Source: Amoebophrya sp. A120 (lineage: Eukaryota > Protista > Dinoflagellata). From it: a DNA stretch of 64,000 nt. Positions 33,801 to 49,180 of the stretch are shown here, in pieces; the stretch's first letter is position 1, and the number at the start of each line of letters is the position of its first letter. Where the stretch lies: NCBI GenBank assembly GCA_905178155.1, contig CAJINV010000001.1, positions 12,445,832 to 12,509,831 of the forward strand, in the 5' to 3' direction. The notes under the pieces are model-generated. The model had not been told where the DNA came from and did no database searches. It saw nothing but the letters and a program-made list of their open reading frames with translations. Position numbers and translations under genes: made by a program.

Positions 33801-36800
33801 CTACCCGACAATGTTTCCCTTGTGCAGGTGCTGGTGGATGTATTCTGGGTATTCGAACAACTGATCCTCCAGCAGCTCCGCCAGCATGTGCTGACTGAAC
33901 AGCCCCTCCTCGTCCGTATCGTACTTTTTCACCATCTTTCGAAACAGCGGCTCGTCGTGTGCCACGTGGTAGTGCCCAAGGGCCTGCAGAAAGAGCGCGG
34001 TTTCACGCAAACTCAGCACGCCGGTGTCGTCTGCGTCAAAGTCGAGGAAAATTTGTCGGGCCTGTCGTGTTGCGATGTTTGATTCAATTGTCCTCTCAAC
34101 TGCAAATTCATCTTGCATCAAAGGAGGTTATGATGTCTGTGTGGTCTTATAAATATAGTTACATCATGGTGACGTGAGCGTGACGCTTCATAGACAGTAG
34201 AGAGCGAAAAATTATTTACCTCCCCGGTCAGGTGTCGTTTCTCGTCGGTTTTGTTGGTTCTGACCGCCCGAGAGAGCGGCTCGCCGAAGTTGGACATAAT
34301 CCAGTCAACGTCATTGCTGCTGTAGTGGTGCAGGGTGGGAGCGATTTCGCAGCCCCGCGGCATTTGAATCAACTCGCCCGGTGCCTCCCGGTTCTGCGCA
34401 ACCTCGTTCAACGCCCACGCGACTTCCTCCCGCTCCAGAAACAGGTGCGGCGGGTGCTGCTCGGAGTGCAGCGAGGTGGAAATCTGACTGTCGTTCGTCA
34501 GCCTCACGAAATCGTCGTTTCCTGCAACCGCGCGATCGTCAGCCGCGGCGGCCTCGAGCGCTTGACGGCACCTGTATTTCAGTTTTGAGAGATCGGTTGC
34601 GGAACAGCATATAAATATAAATATATGGAATTCATCATCATAATTAATTCGATCTAGCGAAAACGCTAATTCCACACTGTCTGTGTTGACCATCCCTAGT
34701 AAAGATAAGCTGAATATCACTATTACCGTTCCGCGTGCACGTTGTCGCAGTATTTCAGTGCAACGATCAGATCCTGCAGCTCCACGTAGCCCTTGGATTT
34801 CGCCCGCAGGTAGCGCTGGTGGAAGAACCAGGTGAACCAGCTGAGGTCGCTCAGCACGCTCTTGCACTGCGCCCGCTTCGCCGGGTTGGCCTGCTTGTAG
34901 GCGTCCATGATGAAGGCGATGACGAACTTGAACAGGATCATGATCATGAGAAATTTGTAGAACAGGAACAACGGCGTTGCGAAGTCGTTCAGCGCGAATT
35001 CGTTGACTTCCATGAAGAGCGGAAACTTGTTGAACGACTGGCTGTCCACGCGCGCAGTGCTCGCGGGCTTGTACAACCCCATGCACGAGAGAAACAAGTT
35101 GTAGCTCCCCGGCAGGACCTGGTTGAAGCCCTGGTCGTAGCTGCCCAGCATCACGTTGGCGATCGCCGCGAAACCGACCAGCGTCACGAGGAACACGACG
35201 AGCAAATGAAAAAAGTCGCCCCCGATCCCCGTGAACGTGTCAATGATGATGGCCAACCGCTTTTGGAACGCCAAATGCTCGAAAAACATCTGAATTAGGA
35301 GTAAAATCACCAATCCGTTCAGGCAGTGGTAGAGGGAGAGCAAAAACTCGCAGGTGATCACGTGCTTGATGAGCGCGCGCACCTTCGATTCCTCGGGTGC
35401 CGCGGGCGGCATTTCGTAGAGCGCAGTAGAGGTGCTACTTCCATTCGCTTGTTCGAAGAGCCGCATCTCGCCGGCTTCGAGGGAGGATTGGTCCAGGGTC
35501 GAGAACTCCTGCACGAGCGAGACGCAGTACATGTGATGGTAGAAGAGCAGCACGAACCAGAGCACGAAGCAAACCGGGAAAACGCAGAACCAGAGCGCCT
35601 TGGCGCTCTTTAGGTACGGGAATCCGGCGTGGTCGGTCGGGAGTTCGCGCGTAATCGTTCCGACGACCAAGTCGTCCTTCGGTTTGTACACCTGCACCAG
35701 CACCGGTCGGATTTGGATCACGGCGAACACGAGAACCAAAAGTTCCACGAGAATTCTGGCGCAGAGCTCCACCAAGCCACGCACGTCAAGCCCGCTGCTC
35801 AGCACCCAACTGTCCTCCTCCGGGTTGACTGGGAGATGGGATTCCTCTTCGTCGAGTTCTTGGATGGAGTCGCGCTCGCCGGTTCGTGGTGATGTTGAAG
35901 ACGGTTTCTTCTCTTCTGGCTTTTTCTCACCATTATCATGATTTTCGTGCCCACTTGCGGTGCTTCTCTCATCATCATCGTCGTCATCGTCACGCTCGGA
36001 TTCTTTCCTGCGCATCCTTCTGTGAAGATGCTCGTGATGCTTTTCGCTCTTTCTGTTCGCCACAGCGTAAATGTGCGGGTACAGGGAATACGGGATCGAC
36101 AAGGGGGTCAAGCTCGTGGACCAGAGCCCGGCTTCGGAGATATCTGCCGCAAATTCAACCACCGTGAGCACCTTTCGTGCCGGCGTGGCCGCCACCCACC
36201 GGACCGTCATAGCGTAAGTATTGGGGGACAGCAAGCCCTGCGCCTGGTAGTAGTCTAACTCCGCCGCCGCGTCCCGGCCGGGGATGTACACGGTGTACCC
36301 CTCGAAAAACGGATCGTACGCGACTCTTTGCCCGTCCAGCAGCGTCACGGACTCCTCCTGCAAGTTCTTCTCGCTCAGACACAGTGCGCTCGGCAACCCG
36401 GCGCAGCTGTGGCTGTTCACGTACTTTCGTTTTGACGTTACCAACAACCCGGTGAGCACGTCCTGGCGCTCGCTGAGCGCCTGGAATTCCGTGGTGGTGT
36501 TGGTCAGGGCCCCGCCGACCGGGGTGTGGTAAATTTGCGGGACGAGGGAGGTCTTCGTGTAGCCCCAAAACTTCTCCGCGGTGATGGGGTTGGCCGGGGG
36601 CATGGGCATCAGCGGGTGCAGCCAGGCCTGGTTGGCGTCGTGGATGCGGTGGATTTGGTTCTGCCACACGACCGCCACCAAGTAGAGCGCGACAAACAGC
36701 AGAAACGTGAACAGAATGCCGTACGCGGTCGAGGCCCGCACGTACCACACGTACTGCTGCCGAAACTGGTCGATCACCAGCACCATGCGCCGGCCCTCCT

Positions 36801-37044
36801 CCGCCTTGCTTCGGTCCGCGGCGGAAATCGTGCTGACGCGGGCCAGCGAGGTCTTCTTGGCGTCGCTCACCTTGGCCACGTCGTTGGCCCCCTGCAGCAG
36901 CGGGTCGTTGAAGTTGGTGGCCAGGGACAGAATCTGCTTGCTGGCGCTTTCCCCGAGCGTCACCGGCGTCTTCACCGCCGTGACGCCCTGCTTCCCCGCC
37001 GTGCCCATGGGCAGCAGCGAGTTCGTCTTGGAGCCGCGCCCCAT
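33801..37044 (-). CDS. Polycystin-2 (TRPP/PKD2)-like cation channel with C-terminal EF-hands, three exons
   Basis: TM1, a large extracellular loop, then TM2-6 with LAFQKRLAIIIDT..FAAIANVMLGS..F and FVIAFIMDAY. GT-AG introns 34572-34726 and 34062-34219 give AER/CRQ and LTGE/ARQIFLDFDADDTGVLSLRE (EF-hand); a second loop is YDTDEEGLFS. Confidence 0.8.
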
Positions 37045-37830
37045 GCTGCGGGTCGGCAGATTAGTTTTTGAAAATGTTCACTTGTCTACAACAGCAAAGT
37101 GGGAAAGAAGTGATTCTAGTTTACGGCGTAAACGTAATATGTCGTGACGACAGTTGGAGGAATGATAGTCGGGCTGCTCACGGGTGATACAGATAGCACA
37201 CAAGATAGGGACATTAACATGAAGATGATGACCTGGAAATGAAGCAGCGAGCATTGCAATGGTGAGACGGTAGGAGGTTTTACTACGAAGCTAAGTGATA
37301 CTCGAACGCTGGGACGATTGTTCTGCACGACATGAACGAACGAAAACCACGTAAGAACTCCTTCCACATGGAGGCATCACCTAGGATCAGCGCACGATAC
37401 CGACCGGCAGAAAGTTCCTGACACAAACCGATTATATTCTGTCTATGTATATGACGTTCTTACATTGCAGTGACCGACGCCATCTTCAGAACGAAAGAGT
37501 ACGACGCATCGCGATGATGCAACACATGCACCGAAAAGCAAGCGCTCTCTATCAACCGAACTGCCACATCGAGGGCACGTCATTCCAACGACCGACTTTT
37601 AGGCTCTTTGATCGACGACCTCGAGAAATTCAGACGCGTTGGTCCAGTATAGCGACCTGTAAAAAACGTGAGGCATGCCTGCCGGCGCGACGCTCCTCAC
37701 GCGTAGCAAAGTGCTCTTTTGGCGCTGGCGTGGGTCTTTTCGTAAATTCAACAGTGGGCTTCACTTCGAGTCTAATTCTGGAACCAAACCATTTAAAATT
37801 AAATGAAGAAGCCATGTGATTCTGATTCAC

Positions 37831-39747
37831 TCATTGAAGCTTGTTTTCTTCTCCCAGATCTCCCGCTGCTTCTTCGTCCGCATCGGCGTCCTCTTCCGGG
37901 TCTTCGGAAACCTCGTCTTCCAGGTCTTCGGCGGATTCTTCCAGGTCTTCGGAGGGCTCATCCAGGTCTTCGGAGGATTCTTCCAGGTCTTCGGAGTCCT
38001 CTTCCTCCTCATCGGTCAAATAAATCTTGTCGGGCAGGTGCGCTTGCACAAAATCTTGGAACAAGTCACCATCCCCATGCTTCTTGAGCAGTCTAAGGTC
38101 TTCGTCTAACATGGCCACACAGCTAAAGCCGGCGTCTGACAGCCATGTGCACCAACTCCTGCGTCCCAAGACAACAGCTAGCGCGAGCGGATAATCACAG
38201 GCCTGGTCCAAAATGAAGTACGCCTGTTCCTCTTCTTCCTGATACTCGTCATCCACCTGGGGATGATTCTCATGCCAGCTGCGGATCGCCGCGGTGATGC
38301 CTTCTGGGCAGGACTCATCGGCAGAGGCGCCAGAATCCAGTAGCTTCTTCATCAACACGTGGAGCGCTGGTTTCATGCCGTCCATTTTTTCTAGATGGTC
38401 CCCGACGTTCGTCATACCTACGGCCATGCTCCAGCTCCAAAGCACCATTGCACCTGTGAGCACTTCCCCCTTCGCTTTGTTAGTAAAGGGCATCGCTGTG
38501 GCCTCTTCTAGTTCCAGCAGCACGCGTCCGAAGAAAAGGATTCCGCGAAACAAAATCGCAACGAAAGCATCGCCAGGTTGCTCAGTTTCAGTGTAGAACT
38601 TCTTGCGGACCGACACCAAAAGTTCCGCATTGAAGAACACGTCCTGGAAGGCGCATAGTGTCGGTGGCTGCTTCCCGCGCAAGCATTTCTTCACCACACG
38701 CACGGCAAACTCCTTCCGCTTCTTAACTTCTTCGTCTGACAATGAACCGACCGCCTCACTGAAGCCGGCTTTCCAAAGTAACTCGAGGACCTCCCGCAGT
38801 AGATCCGCCAGTCTTGTTACTCCCAGGATGCTGTCTCTCCCCGTCTTGAGCACGACACCCAGAAGGGCCGGAATCTCGTGTCTGCCTGCCAAGACAAAAA
38901 CCATCTCCAGGAGCTCCTTCCGCAGCGCTGACCCCTTCAGGGCCGCCGTTGTGAAGCGGGGCGCGTGGCTGCCCGCGCACTCTTCCTCCATCTTTTCCAA
39001 AGCCTCGGACTGGAACTGTTGGAAGGCTTTCACAAAATGACGGCGCTGCCCGACGTTTGCAGTGGCGTAGCTGTTCGGCTGTGAGGGAAATTGCACAAAA
39101 ATAACCCACCACGCCAGGCGCACGGGTGCCGGGTCCCACGGCCGACCCGCCACCACGTGCGCCCGGAAATATGCGTCCTCGGGTAGGTCGAAAATGATCC
39201 GCACTGCGAACTCCCGGCTCTTCTGCTTTTTTTTCGCCGGCTCATCTACTTCACTGTCGCCTCCAGAGTTGTCGCTTTCATTGCTTTTGATAATCTCCTT
39301 TCCCCCCGATGCTTCCGCCTTATCCCCATGCGTAGTGGCAACATCATCCGCGTTGGATATTAAGAACTCCTGCAGCATTCCACCCACCTCCGACCCGGTC
39401 ACGATCTCCCCCTCCGTCTCGAACTTGACCCAGTCCATGAAGATCCCTATCGCCACCCGCTCCTTCCGGCTTTTCGGCAGACCCGTCTCTTTGTCCAGCT
39501 CGACCCCAGCAAAGCCGTACGCGTGCGGACACACCTTCGCCATCACGTCGAAGAGCATGGTGTTGCAAGCAGCGACGAGGCCAGCACCGCCGCTGTCCGA
39601 GCTGCTTTCCTTTTTCTCTTCCTCTCCTGGCTCAGTCACTGGCTTGCCAGCCAATGCCGCATCGGGGTGATCAAAGAACTCCTTTACCTGGTTGATCGAC
39701 AGCTCGTGGGCCGCTCCCCCGACCCCAACATAGACCGTAAACGTCAT
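37831..39747 (-). CDS. Hypothetical protein with an acidic tandem-repeat tail
   Basis: Single ~638-aa ORF from MTFTVYVGVGG. The C-terminal (S/A)EDLEES repeats are encoded by 21-bp tandem units near 37890-38000. Confidence 0.7.
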   Translation of the reverse strand: MTFTVYVGVGGAAHELSINQVKEFFDHPDAALAGKPVTEPGEEEKKESSSDSGGAGLVAACNTMLFDVMAKVCPHAYGFAGVELDKETGLPKSRKERVAIGIFMDWVKFETEGEIVTGSEVGGMLQEFLISNADDVATTHGDKAEASGGKEIIKSNESDNSGGDSEVDEPAKKKQKSREFAVRIIFDLPEDAYFRAHVVAGRPWDPAPVRLAWWVIFVQFPSQPNSYATANVGQRRHFVKAFQQFQSEALEKMEEECAGSHAPRFTTAALKGSALRKELLEMVFVLAGRHEIPALLGVVLKTGRDSILGVTRLADLLREVLELLWKAGFSEAVGSLSDEEVKKRKEFAVRVVKKCLRGKQPPTLCAFQDVFFNAELLVSVRKKFYTETEQPGDAFVAILFRGILFFGRVLLELEEATAMPFTNKAKGEVLTGAMVLWSWSMAVGMTNVGDHLEKMDGMKPALHVLMKKLLDSGASADESCPEGITAAIRSWHENHPQVDDEYQEEEEQAYFILDQACDYPLALAVVLGRRSWCTWLSDAGFSCVAMLDEDLRLLKKHGDGDLFQDFVQAHLPDKIYLTDEEEEDSEDLEESSEDLDEPSEDLEESAEDLEDEVSEDPEEDADADEEAAGDLGEENKLQ

Positions 39748-40673
39748 GATGATGAACAGCAGAAGAAAAAATAATATATAAGATTCAGTTGAGATTGAAC
39801 TCGAAATTCGAATGAAATTCATACAAATAACCACTCAAAGAAATATACGAAAAACTTTTCAAAGATAACGTGAAAAACCCCGTCGCATTGATATACTGAG
39901 AAGAAGTGCGTACAAAAATCCTTTCTCAAAACTCTTAGTGTAATGGCTACGATCGACTAGTTGAAAAACGGATAGCGAAGTGAAACAGTCAATGTAGTTC
40001 TAGCTTGCTGGTACTATTGTCTTGTTTTCCTTACCGACAATTTTGTGCTAGTATGATTATCAGTGGGATGTAAGAATAACTATCAGTGGAGACCTGTGAA
40101 AAAGCGCAATCATCTTCATCACGGAACCGCAGTCGGGAAAAGCACTACTTTGCTTTCAAAAATCGTGTCTCCTCTTGCCACCTGTGACCAGAACCAAGAT
40201 CGACCTTGAGGAAACCAGATCGCCCTGTGACCAGAACCAAGATGACCAAAACCAGATCTCTGAAGATCCCAGCTCTGCATCCGAAGACGAAAGATCCTCG
40301 GCTACCTGAGGAAAGATCTCTGAAGATCATCCCAATCTGTTTTCATCCCGGCTCTCGCTCCACCGAGCAGCCTATGAAGTACATGGAACACAATGTCACG
40401 CGCACCTTCTTGTTTGACTCCTACTTATTCGCTGTTCTTTATTGCGGTTGTGACACGACTATAATTCAGTCTTCTAAACTTTTGCCGCTTGTTCAGTTGG
40501 TGTTGCTCTATGATCGCGGGCTCCGTCGATCGGGGTTCTTCAGGGGACAACTAATGTTTGGGGTAGTACTCACACTTCCACTCCTGGGGTAGTACTTTTT
40601 ACTGAAATCACCTAAACACAACTTTTGGTGCGGAGAAGGAGGAGAAGCGAATTGACTATAAGTACTTTCGCTT

Positions 40674-43200
<2,527 letters not shown>

Positions 43201-44195
43201 CTTTTACGGTACTTCTCCTGGTGTCGTCCTTCGTGTCTGCGGCCAGTGCCAGTGGTTGCGATTCTTAGCCCGACGAATCTTGTGTCCGTCTGCAACTCCT
43301 TATCCTTGCAGGATCGGCTGATTTTTACAAACTAGTGCTCGGGAGTCAGAGTCACGTCGAAACCCTCACGCGCCTCATCTCCGGGACCAGCTAGTAGTAG
43401 CGTTTAGTGCCTACTGCGCTCGGCGACTACCGCGTTTGTCCTTTGTGTCGCTTCTGCCCTGGAGGGTCGCTAAAGTTGCTGCCGCAGCGCGCTCGTTCAT
43501 AGATATCGCTACTCGTAGTCGAGACAATTCACAACTTCAGCCAACAGTTCAAATTTTACGTGAGAACAGATACTAGGGATCTTCTCTGCTCGGACAAAAA
43601 AAAGTAATCATCCGCGGAAACCCGCGACAGCAGGAAGCTGCTTAGTTTCTTCTATACCCTTGCCTTGCGAGGAAGGGCCTGCTTGTAAATCATTGACTAG
43701 GTCGCTGAACGTGCTGGTCTGTGAAAAAGTGCTGGCTCGAGAACTACGATCGCCGAAATTCAGTGAATCATCCGATGGAGAGCAGAGCAAAATCTATCAA
43801 TAGGATCCTTTGCAGACCTGCTGCGCGTGATGCTTCAAAAAGTGGACTGATCTTTTCCAAATTCAGAACATGTCTTCGGGGTCGGTTTGTCGCGCATTGC
43901 AATTATTGATTGTGCACGTCGCTCATGATGACACGTACTAAAACTCGTGGCGTTGGTTTTTCAATAGCTCTACTAGAGCACTCTACATTTCAAGACAAAC
44001 CCTCTACTTTTATTTGATTATTTCACGGACCATCTACAAAAATCCTGATTGCTTTTGCAGCAGCAGTACCTCGATAAAGACCTTTATTTCTTCAGCTTTC
44101 TAAGTCACTCGTAGAACTTTTACTGTTACTGTTACTGTTTACTCACCAATAGAAAGACACGACCACTACAAAGACCACGGAGCACTGCTCTCCTT

Positions 44196-45815
44196 TCATT
44201 CCGACTCCAACAGCGTAGCGTTCGTCACCCCGGCCACATTTCGCTCCCGCAAAGTCACTTCGGCGTCTTTGTCCTCTTCCTCCCCCTTGCTTACTTCCAA
44301 GCCAGTTTCCGAAGCCATTGTGACGCTTTCCACGTCACCGCCAGCAGCGCCCTCATCCGTACTGCCGTCGCCCTGCTCTTCCTGCTCACTGCTGCTATCA
44401 TTTTCAGTTGCTTCTGCTTCTTCGCTTTCATTTTCAATCTCCTTCTCGTCGGACAGCTCGTTGCCCGTCTTTTTATCCGCCTCTCCTTCGGTTTCTCCCG
44501 CAGACCCAGGGCCATCGCCCTCCTTGTTCTCAATGGCGAGGGCAGTCGGCTTTTTATCTTTTTCCTTCTTTTCCTTGTCCTCATCAGTCTTAACTTCCAT
44601 TTCCACGTCGCTGTCCACGGAGAACTCCCAGTCTTTCGGCATCTCCTTGGGGTTCCTCTTGTAATAGTAGTCCCACCCAAGCTTCCGCTGGTGTTCCGAC
44701 GGTTCTCCATCGAAATAGGGGAAAAACGCAAAATGAGCAATGAAAGCACCACCGCCGTACCAGATGTCCTCGAAATACCTGATTGACATTGATGTTTCTT
44801 TGATTGTTCTCCGGAACATTAGTGCCTTGTAGATTGAACGTTTCCATGTATCAATGATGTCGGCCGCGCGCGAAAAAAAAATACAGGTACATCGCCATAC
44901 GTACCATGTGTAAAAGAAGATGCCCGCAACAGTCAGGGCTGCGGCTATCAAATGTAAAAATGTCTGGGTCTGGAGGAATGCGCGACTTGTCATGCAGCTT
45001 TTCCATGACCCATGAGGTCTGGTATGCAGGACCTAGCCTGACAGATTCTGCGCGATCTCTCTCATGCCTATCCTGCATGAGAAACTCCCTCGCGACTTGG
45101 TCAAAACTGGGCGACTTTTGGTAATCATGCAACACAGATTTTTGCATGCTTCAGATTTAGCATGACAAGTTGCATTCTTCCAGACCCAGACATTTTTACA
45201 TTTGATAGCGGCTACGAAGCCGTTAAACGGCATCGGTATTTTCAGCTCCCAATCTCCACTCTCCCCTATCGGAATCTCGAGGCTGTTTGTGTTCGTGTTT
45301 TCTTAATACATTCATGTCGACTTCGATGGGGAAGAATAAGAAACCATCGCTGCCAGCCGCGCAAGTGACGCAGCATTACCTTCTCTATGTTCAACGCCAC
45401 AGTAAAGGTTGAATTGTACTTACATGCATTGATCAGTCCATTGTGGGTGGTACGTGCCCGGTGTCCAACGACGGTGGTACTCCCGTAATTTCAACCTCTG
45501 CTCATCCAGCAGCGGACAGGCCGCCTGCCTTTTAACCGTCTTCTTCTTTTTTTGATCAGCGTCGCCGTTGCACTCTTGCTTTTCTTTTCCGCTCGCTGTC
45601 GTCGCTTTGCCGCCCGGCTTTGCTGCGTCGTCTTTTGTTTCTCCACTGTCAACGGAAGCCTCTGGGGGAGCACCAGCCGCAGAGTTGTCAACACCATCAT
45701 TTCCGTCGGGCTCGGAAACCTCCGTCTTCACCGCGGCTGGTTTCTGCGAACCTCCCGTAGCTTGAGTTTTTCCCAACGACCCCGTCTGCAGCAACTTGCG
45801 ATGCCGTGCGCCCAT
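44196..45815 (-). CDS. Hypothetical membrane protein with acidic C-terminus, multi-exon, containing IE5
   Basis: Removing IE5 gives MPFNGFVA/AALTVAGIFFYTWYVW (a TM helix). The upstream exon 45420-45815 ends at a GTAAGT donor; the middle exon structure is unresolved. Confidence 0.62.
44946..45207. mobile_element. Introner-like element IE5 (TIR family A), 262 bp
   Basis: Perfect TIR TATCAAATGTAAAAATGTCTGGGTCTGGA / TCCAGACCCAGACATTTTTACATTTGATA. TSD GCGGC at 44941-44945 and 45208-45212. Confidence 0.96.
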
Positions 45816-46263
45816 CTTCTTACGGATAGGGCAAGTAGACTTTCCTTGGTTCTGTAATTTAAAGAGACCAGGGAGCAGAAATTATGCGCATCCTGTCAGT
45901 CCTGTCACTCACTTTTCGCTAGCCAAACAACACTCGACCTTTGATACCTTCCCCCTCGGTTGCATCCTTTGTAATATGCCACAGACGCTCAATGAATCCT
46001 CGCGGCCTCTCAGAGTGATACAACGCGAACGCACAACAAGACAACAATACGATCAGAAACACAGAATGAAACGCTCCGGCTTCAAGAAGAAGAAAAAAAA
46101 ACTGCATACAAAACGTTCGTTCCCTTGCTTTGTGCATGCGTAGTACAAGTACAACGCGCTACATAGCGCATCAAAATTTCAACAAAAGTTGTGTAAAACA
46201 TGTCATCAATATGCCGAGACAGGGATCCACCTCATCGTAGGCTGATTTCTACTAGGACGGCCC

Positions 46264-48009
46264 TTACTCCGCCGCTGCTTGTCCCGCTCGCGCTTTCCCG
46301 ACCGGAATCACCGCCCCCGCTGCTCCCTGCTGCCCCTCCACCGCCGTGACCCCCATGGGCGCAAAATTCTTCCTCACGGGCGCGTTTTTGAAGTAGACCT
46401 GCAGCCCGAAGTAGACCGAAATGGTGACGCACAGCATCGCGATCCCGACCCACGAGAGCCAGGACTTTACCGGTTCGTGCAGGATAAACAGGGATCCCAG
46501 CAGGGAGGAAAGCATGCGGAGCGGCTGGAAACTACTGTACAAAGTCGGCCCAAGGTGTCGCACCGCGTTAATCTGCTGAATGTTTGCCCAGTAGAAAATG
46601 ACGAGCGAGAAAACGAGGAAAAGTGCGTAGTCGAAGGCGCCGAGTTTCGTGAAAATTAGCCAGCCTCGGAAGGAAAAGCCCTCGGCAAAAAAAGTGATGA
46701 TCAAAATGGGGACGAAGTTCATGACGTTCTGATAAAAAGCCAGCTCCTGCTTGCCCAAACCGACCTTGGAGGTGAGGGTCATGCTGACCCGCATCAGGGC
46801 CGAACAGAGGATGGAGAAAACCTGCAGAAACACGCCCGCAATGATGCGGAGGGGATGGTTCGGATCTTTTTTCGATCTCGGATTTACGGTCGTGTCTGCA
46901 TTGCCGTACTTCGTGAACGGCACGATATCGCCGCTCCGCACCCCGGGATTTTGCGCGTTGATATTTTTGCTGAAAAATGATTTACTTCCCGAAGGATTAT
47001 TGCTGTTATTCATCGCGGCTGGTTGTTTCGACGCGCCCGATGAACTTGGCTTCTTGGCGCCGAAAAACGGGAGTCCGGAAATTGGGCCACCTGTGAGTTG
47101 CCGAGTTGAAAAATTTTCTCTTGGTATCATGTCCTCGTGTTTTTCGGCGGGTGCGGGTGAGAATACCGAGAACAGCGACCATGGCGCCGACCAGGTACTA
47201 GATGAGGTGTTCTCGAGAGAAAAGGCTTTTGATGCTGGTGCCGAAAATCTTGACGCGTCGTTGATTGTGTTGCTCTCCGGCGAGAGTCTTCTTGTATCGG
47301 CAGCGGTTATTTCCGACCACAGCGACGCCAAAGATGCAGGAGGTCTCGCTCCGTCTACATGGTCCTTTGCGTCAGTCGAACCGGGTGTAAGTACGATGTC
47401 CGTGATAGTACCAACCAATTCCCGCAAATGCGAACTCCTCGCTCGGCCTTCTGTGATGTTCTCGCCTGCGATAACGAAAAACGACCCGACCATGCACACG
47501 AAGCAGGATGCACAGAAGCCGCGTGGTCGGCTTTTCTCCCCGAGAAAAAGCATGCTGAAGAGCGCAACCACGTACGGATTGAGCAACGAGACGCTCTGGA
47601 TGTAAAACGCCAGCGTGAGCGAGGCGGAGAGAATGTTGGTCAGAGCGCGGATCAGTGTCAAAAGTCCGTAGGCGGACCCAAACACCGCTTTTTGCGCAAA
47701 AGACGTCGGCTGCTTTTTAGTCTCGCTTGGTCTGGACGGTTCGTTTACAGCGGCAGTGTTGTTCATTTCCGTATCTTTTTGATCTGAAGCGGTTGCCGTC
47801 TTCTCACTACTTGAGACTTTGTCGCCCGAGCCACATAAGAAAGAGCTGCACATATTGACAATCCCGCTGAGAAAATGCCCGCCGCCGAGGAGGTACATCG
47901 CAGTCAGGGCCGGGTTGGAGACGTTTTGCAGGTACCGCACCACGGGATGGTACATCCCCCAAGCAAGGTGGGTGCACAGTGCCAGCACAAGATAGCGACC
48001 CTCGGCCAT
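46264..48009 (-). CDS. DMT/EamA-superfamily transporter with a long central low-complexity loop
   Basis: Two ~5-TM halves (LAWGMYHPVVRY..SLLNPYVVALFSMLFLGEK and VRHLGPTLYSSFQPLRMLSSLLGSLFILHEPV..WVGIAM) separated by a Ser-rich insert. Confidence 0.85.
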   Translation of the reverse strand: MAEGRYLVLALCTHLAWGMYHPVVRYLQNVSNPALTAMYLLGGGHFLSGIVNMCSSFLCGSGDKVSSSEKTATASDQKDTEMNNTAAVNEPSRPSETKKQPTSFAQKAVFGSAYGLLTLIRALTNILSASLTLAFYIQSVSLLNPYVVALFSMLFLGEKSRPRGFCASCFVCMVGSFFVIAGENITEGRARSSHLRELVGTITDIVLTPGSTDAKDHVDGARPPASLASLWSEITAADTRRLSPESNTINDASRFSAPASKAFSLENTSSSTWSAPWSLFSVFSPAPAEKHEDMIPRENFSTRQLTGGPISGLPFFGAKKPSSSGASKQPAAMNNSNNPSGSKSFFSKNINAQNPGVRSGDIVPFTKYGNADTTVNPRSKKDPNHPLRIIAGVFLQVFSILCSALMRVSMTLTSKVGLGKQELAFYQNVMNFVPILIITFFAEGFSFRGWLIFTKLGAFDYALFLVFSLVIFYWANIQQINAVRHLGPTLYSSFQPLRMLSSLLGSLFILHEPVKSWLSWVGIAMLCVTISVYFGLQVYFKNAPVRKNFAPMGVTAVEGQQGAAGAVIPVGKARAGQAAAE

Positions 48010-48446
48010 GATTCTTCTTTATCGCGAACAAGAAACAACAGCAAAAAAAAGCTCAAGCAAGATCCAATCGTGACTGAAACAGAAGTAGAAAAGGGACGAT
48101 GGTCTACAAAGATTTTAACTCTCATAAATTTTTGTTTTATCGACTTTCAGGTAAGCGATCATCCAGTACTCGAGTGTTCCGGATAACCCAATAGTACATT
48201 GCGCGGAGTACACTGAAATTCAGACGGAACCCGGAAACTCAAGTAAAAAGGAAGCTGGGAGCAGCCCGCGTCCGTGCAGCCTTTCGATTGTATAACGCGT
48301 TGCTCCTCCCCGACACCACGGAGGCGCTCTTTATCAAAGTTCGTCTTTTCAGCACGTATTCTTCCAACTACAGCAAATCCTGTTCATCACATTCACGAGC
48401 CCAGAGTGGTCTCAGACGACTCTCTGGACATTCCTCTTATCGAACG

Positions 48447-49034
48447 TTACATTGCGGAGCAAGCGCTCTCTTCTTCCTCCTGTTTCGGCTCTTCGGAGGT
48501 CTTCGGAGCTCCGTGGTCCTTAGCGCTTGCATCGCTCTTCGGAGCTCCGGCTGGCCGCGGCCTCGAACTGCTACCTTCACCGCGGTCGGCACCTGTTTTT
48601 TTCCCGCCGCCCTCGCCGGCCCTGTCTCGGAAATAAGCCTCGAGCTTTTTAGCCCCGTCGCGGTACCGGCCCGCGCTCTTCACGTCTTCCTTGTATTGCT
48701 CGTCCAAGCGGTCTAGCTTCTCGTTGTTTTCCGCTAACTTCATAATGTTTAGCCGCATCTGGTCCGCTACCTCGTCGGCCTTGCCCTTCTTCCGGTTGAC
48801 AGCGTCCTCCTCCAGTTGCTTCCGCGAGGGCCGGCTGCCGCTACTGGGGGACGACTGGCTGGCTGGCCCGTAGTAGTTCCCAGACCGTAGCTCGTCGTCC
48901 GCAGACGACCGGCTCGCGGCCCGCTCCTGTTGCCTCCGGAGCTGCTGCTCCATTTTCCGCTCGATCCTCTCGCGCTCACGGCTCGCGTACACTTCCCCCG
49001 CGGGCGCAAACGAACGAAGCTCGGAGGAACCCAT
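48447..49034 (-). CDS. Soluble protein with a synaptobrevin/R-SNARE-like coiled coil
   Basis: KADEVADQMRLNIMKLAENNEKLDRLDEQ..SAGRYRDGAKKL aligns to the VAMP SNARE motif. No TM anchor. Confidence 0.65.
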   Translation of the reverse strand: MGSSELRSFAPAGEVYASRERERIERKMEQQLRRQQERAASRSSADDELRSGNYYGPASQSSPSSGSRPSRKQLEEDAVNRKKGKADEVADQMRLNIMKLAENNEKLDRLDEQYKEDVKSAGRYRDGAKKLEAYFRDRAGEGGGKKTGADRGEGSSSRPRPAGAPKSDASAKDHGAPKTSEEPKQEEEESACSAM

Positions 49035-49180
49035 GCCGACTGTTGTATTTGTGCACCAAAGTTTGAAAATTTCAAGAGTTTAACGCGACAAGCTATACAG
49101 TTTCGGCTACCCATAATTTCGAAAAAGGCGGACCGACAGTGAAAACAGAGTATCGACAAGTACAATCTGATATGCAACTG

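Noticed and set aside
40183-40330. Short duplications TGTGACCAGAACCAAGAT and AGATCTCTGAAGATC downstream of SRP54
   Set aside because: Only two copies each, with no TIR or TSD structure; probably local slippage.
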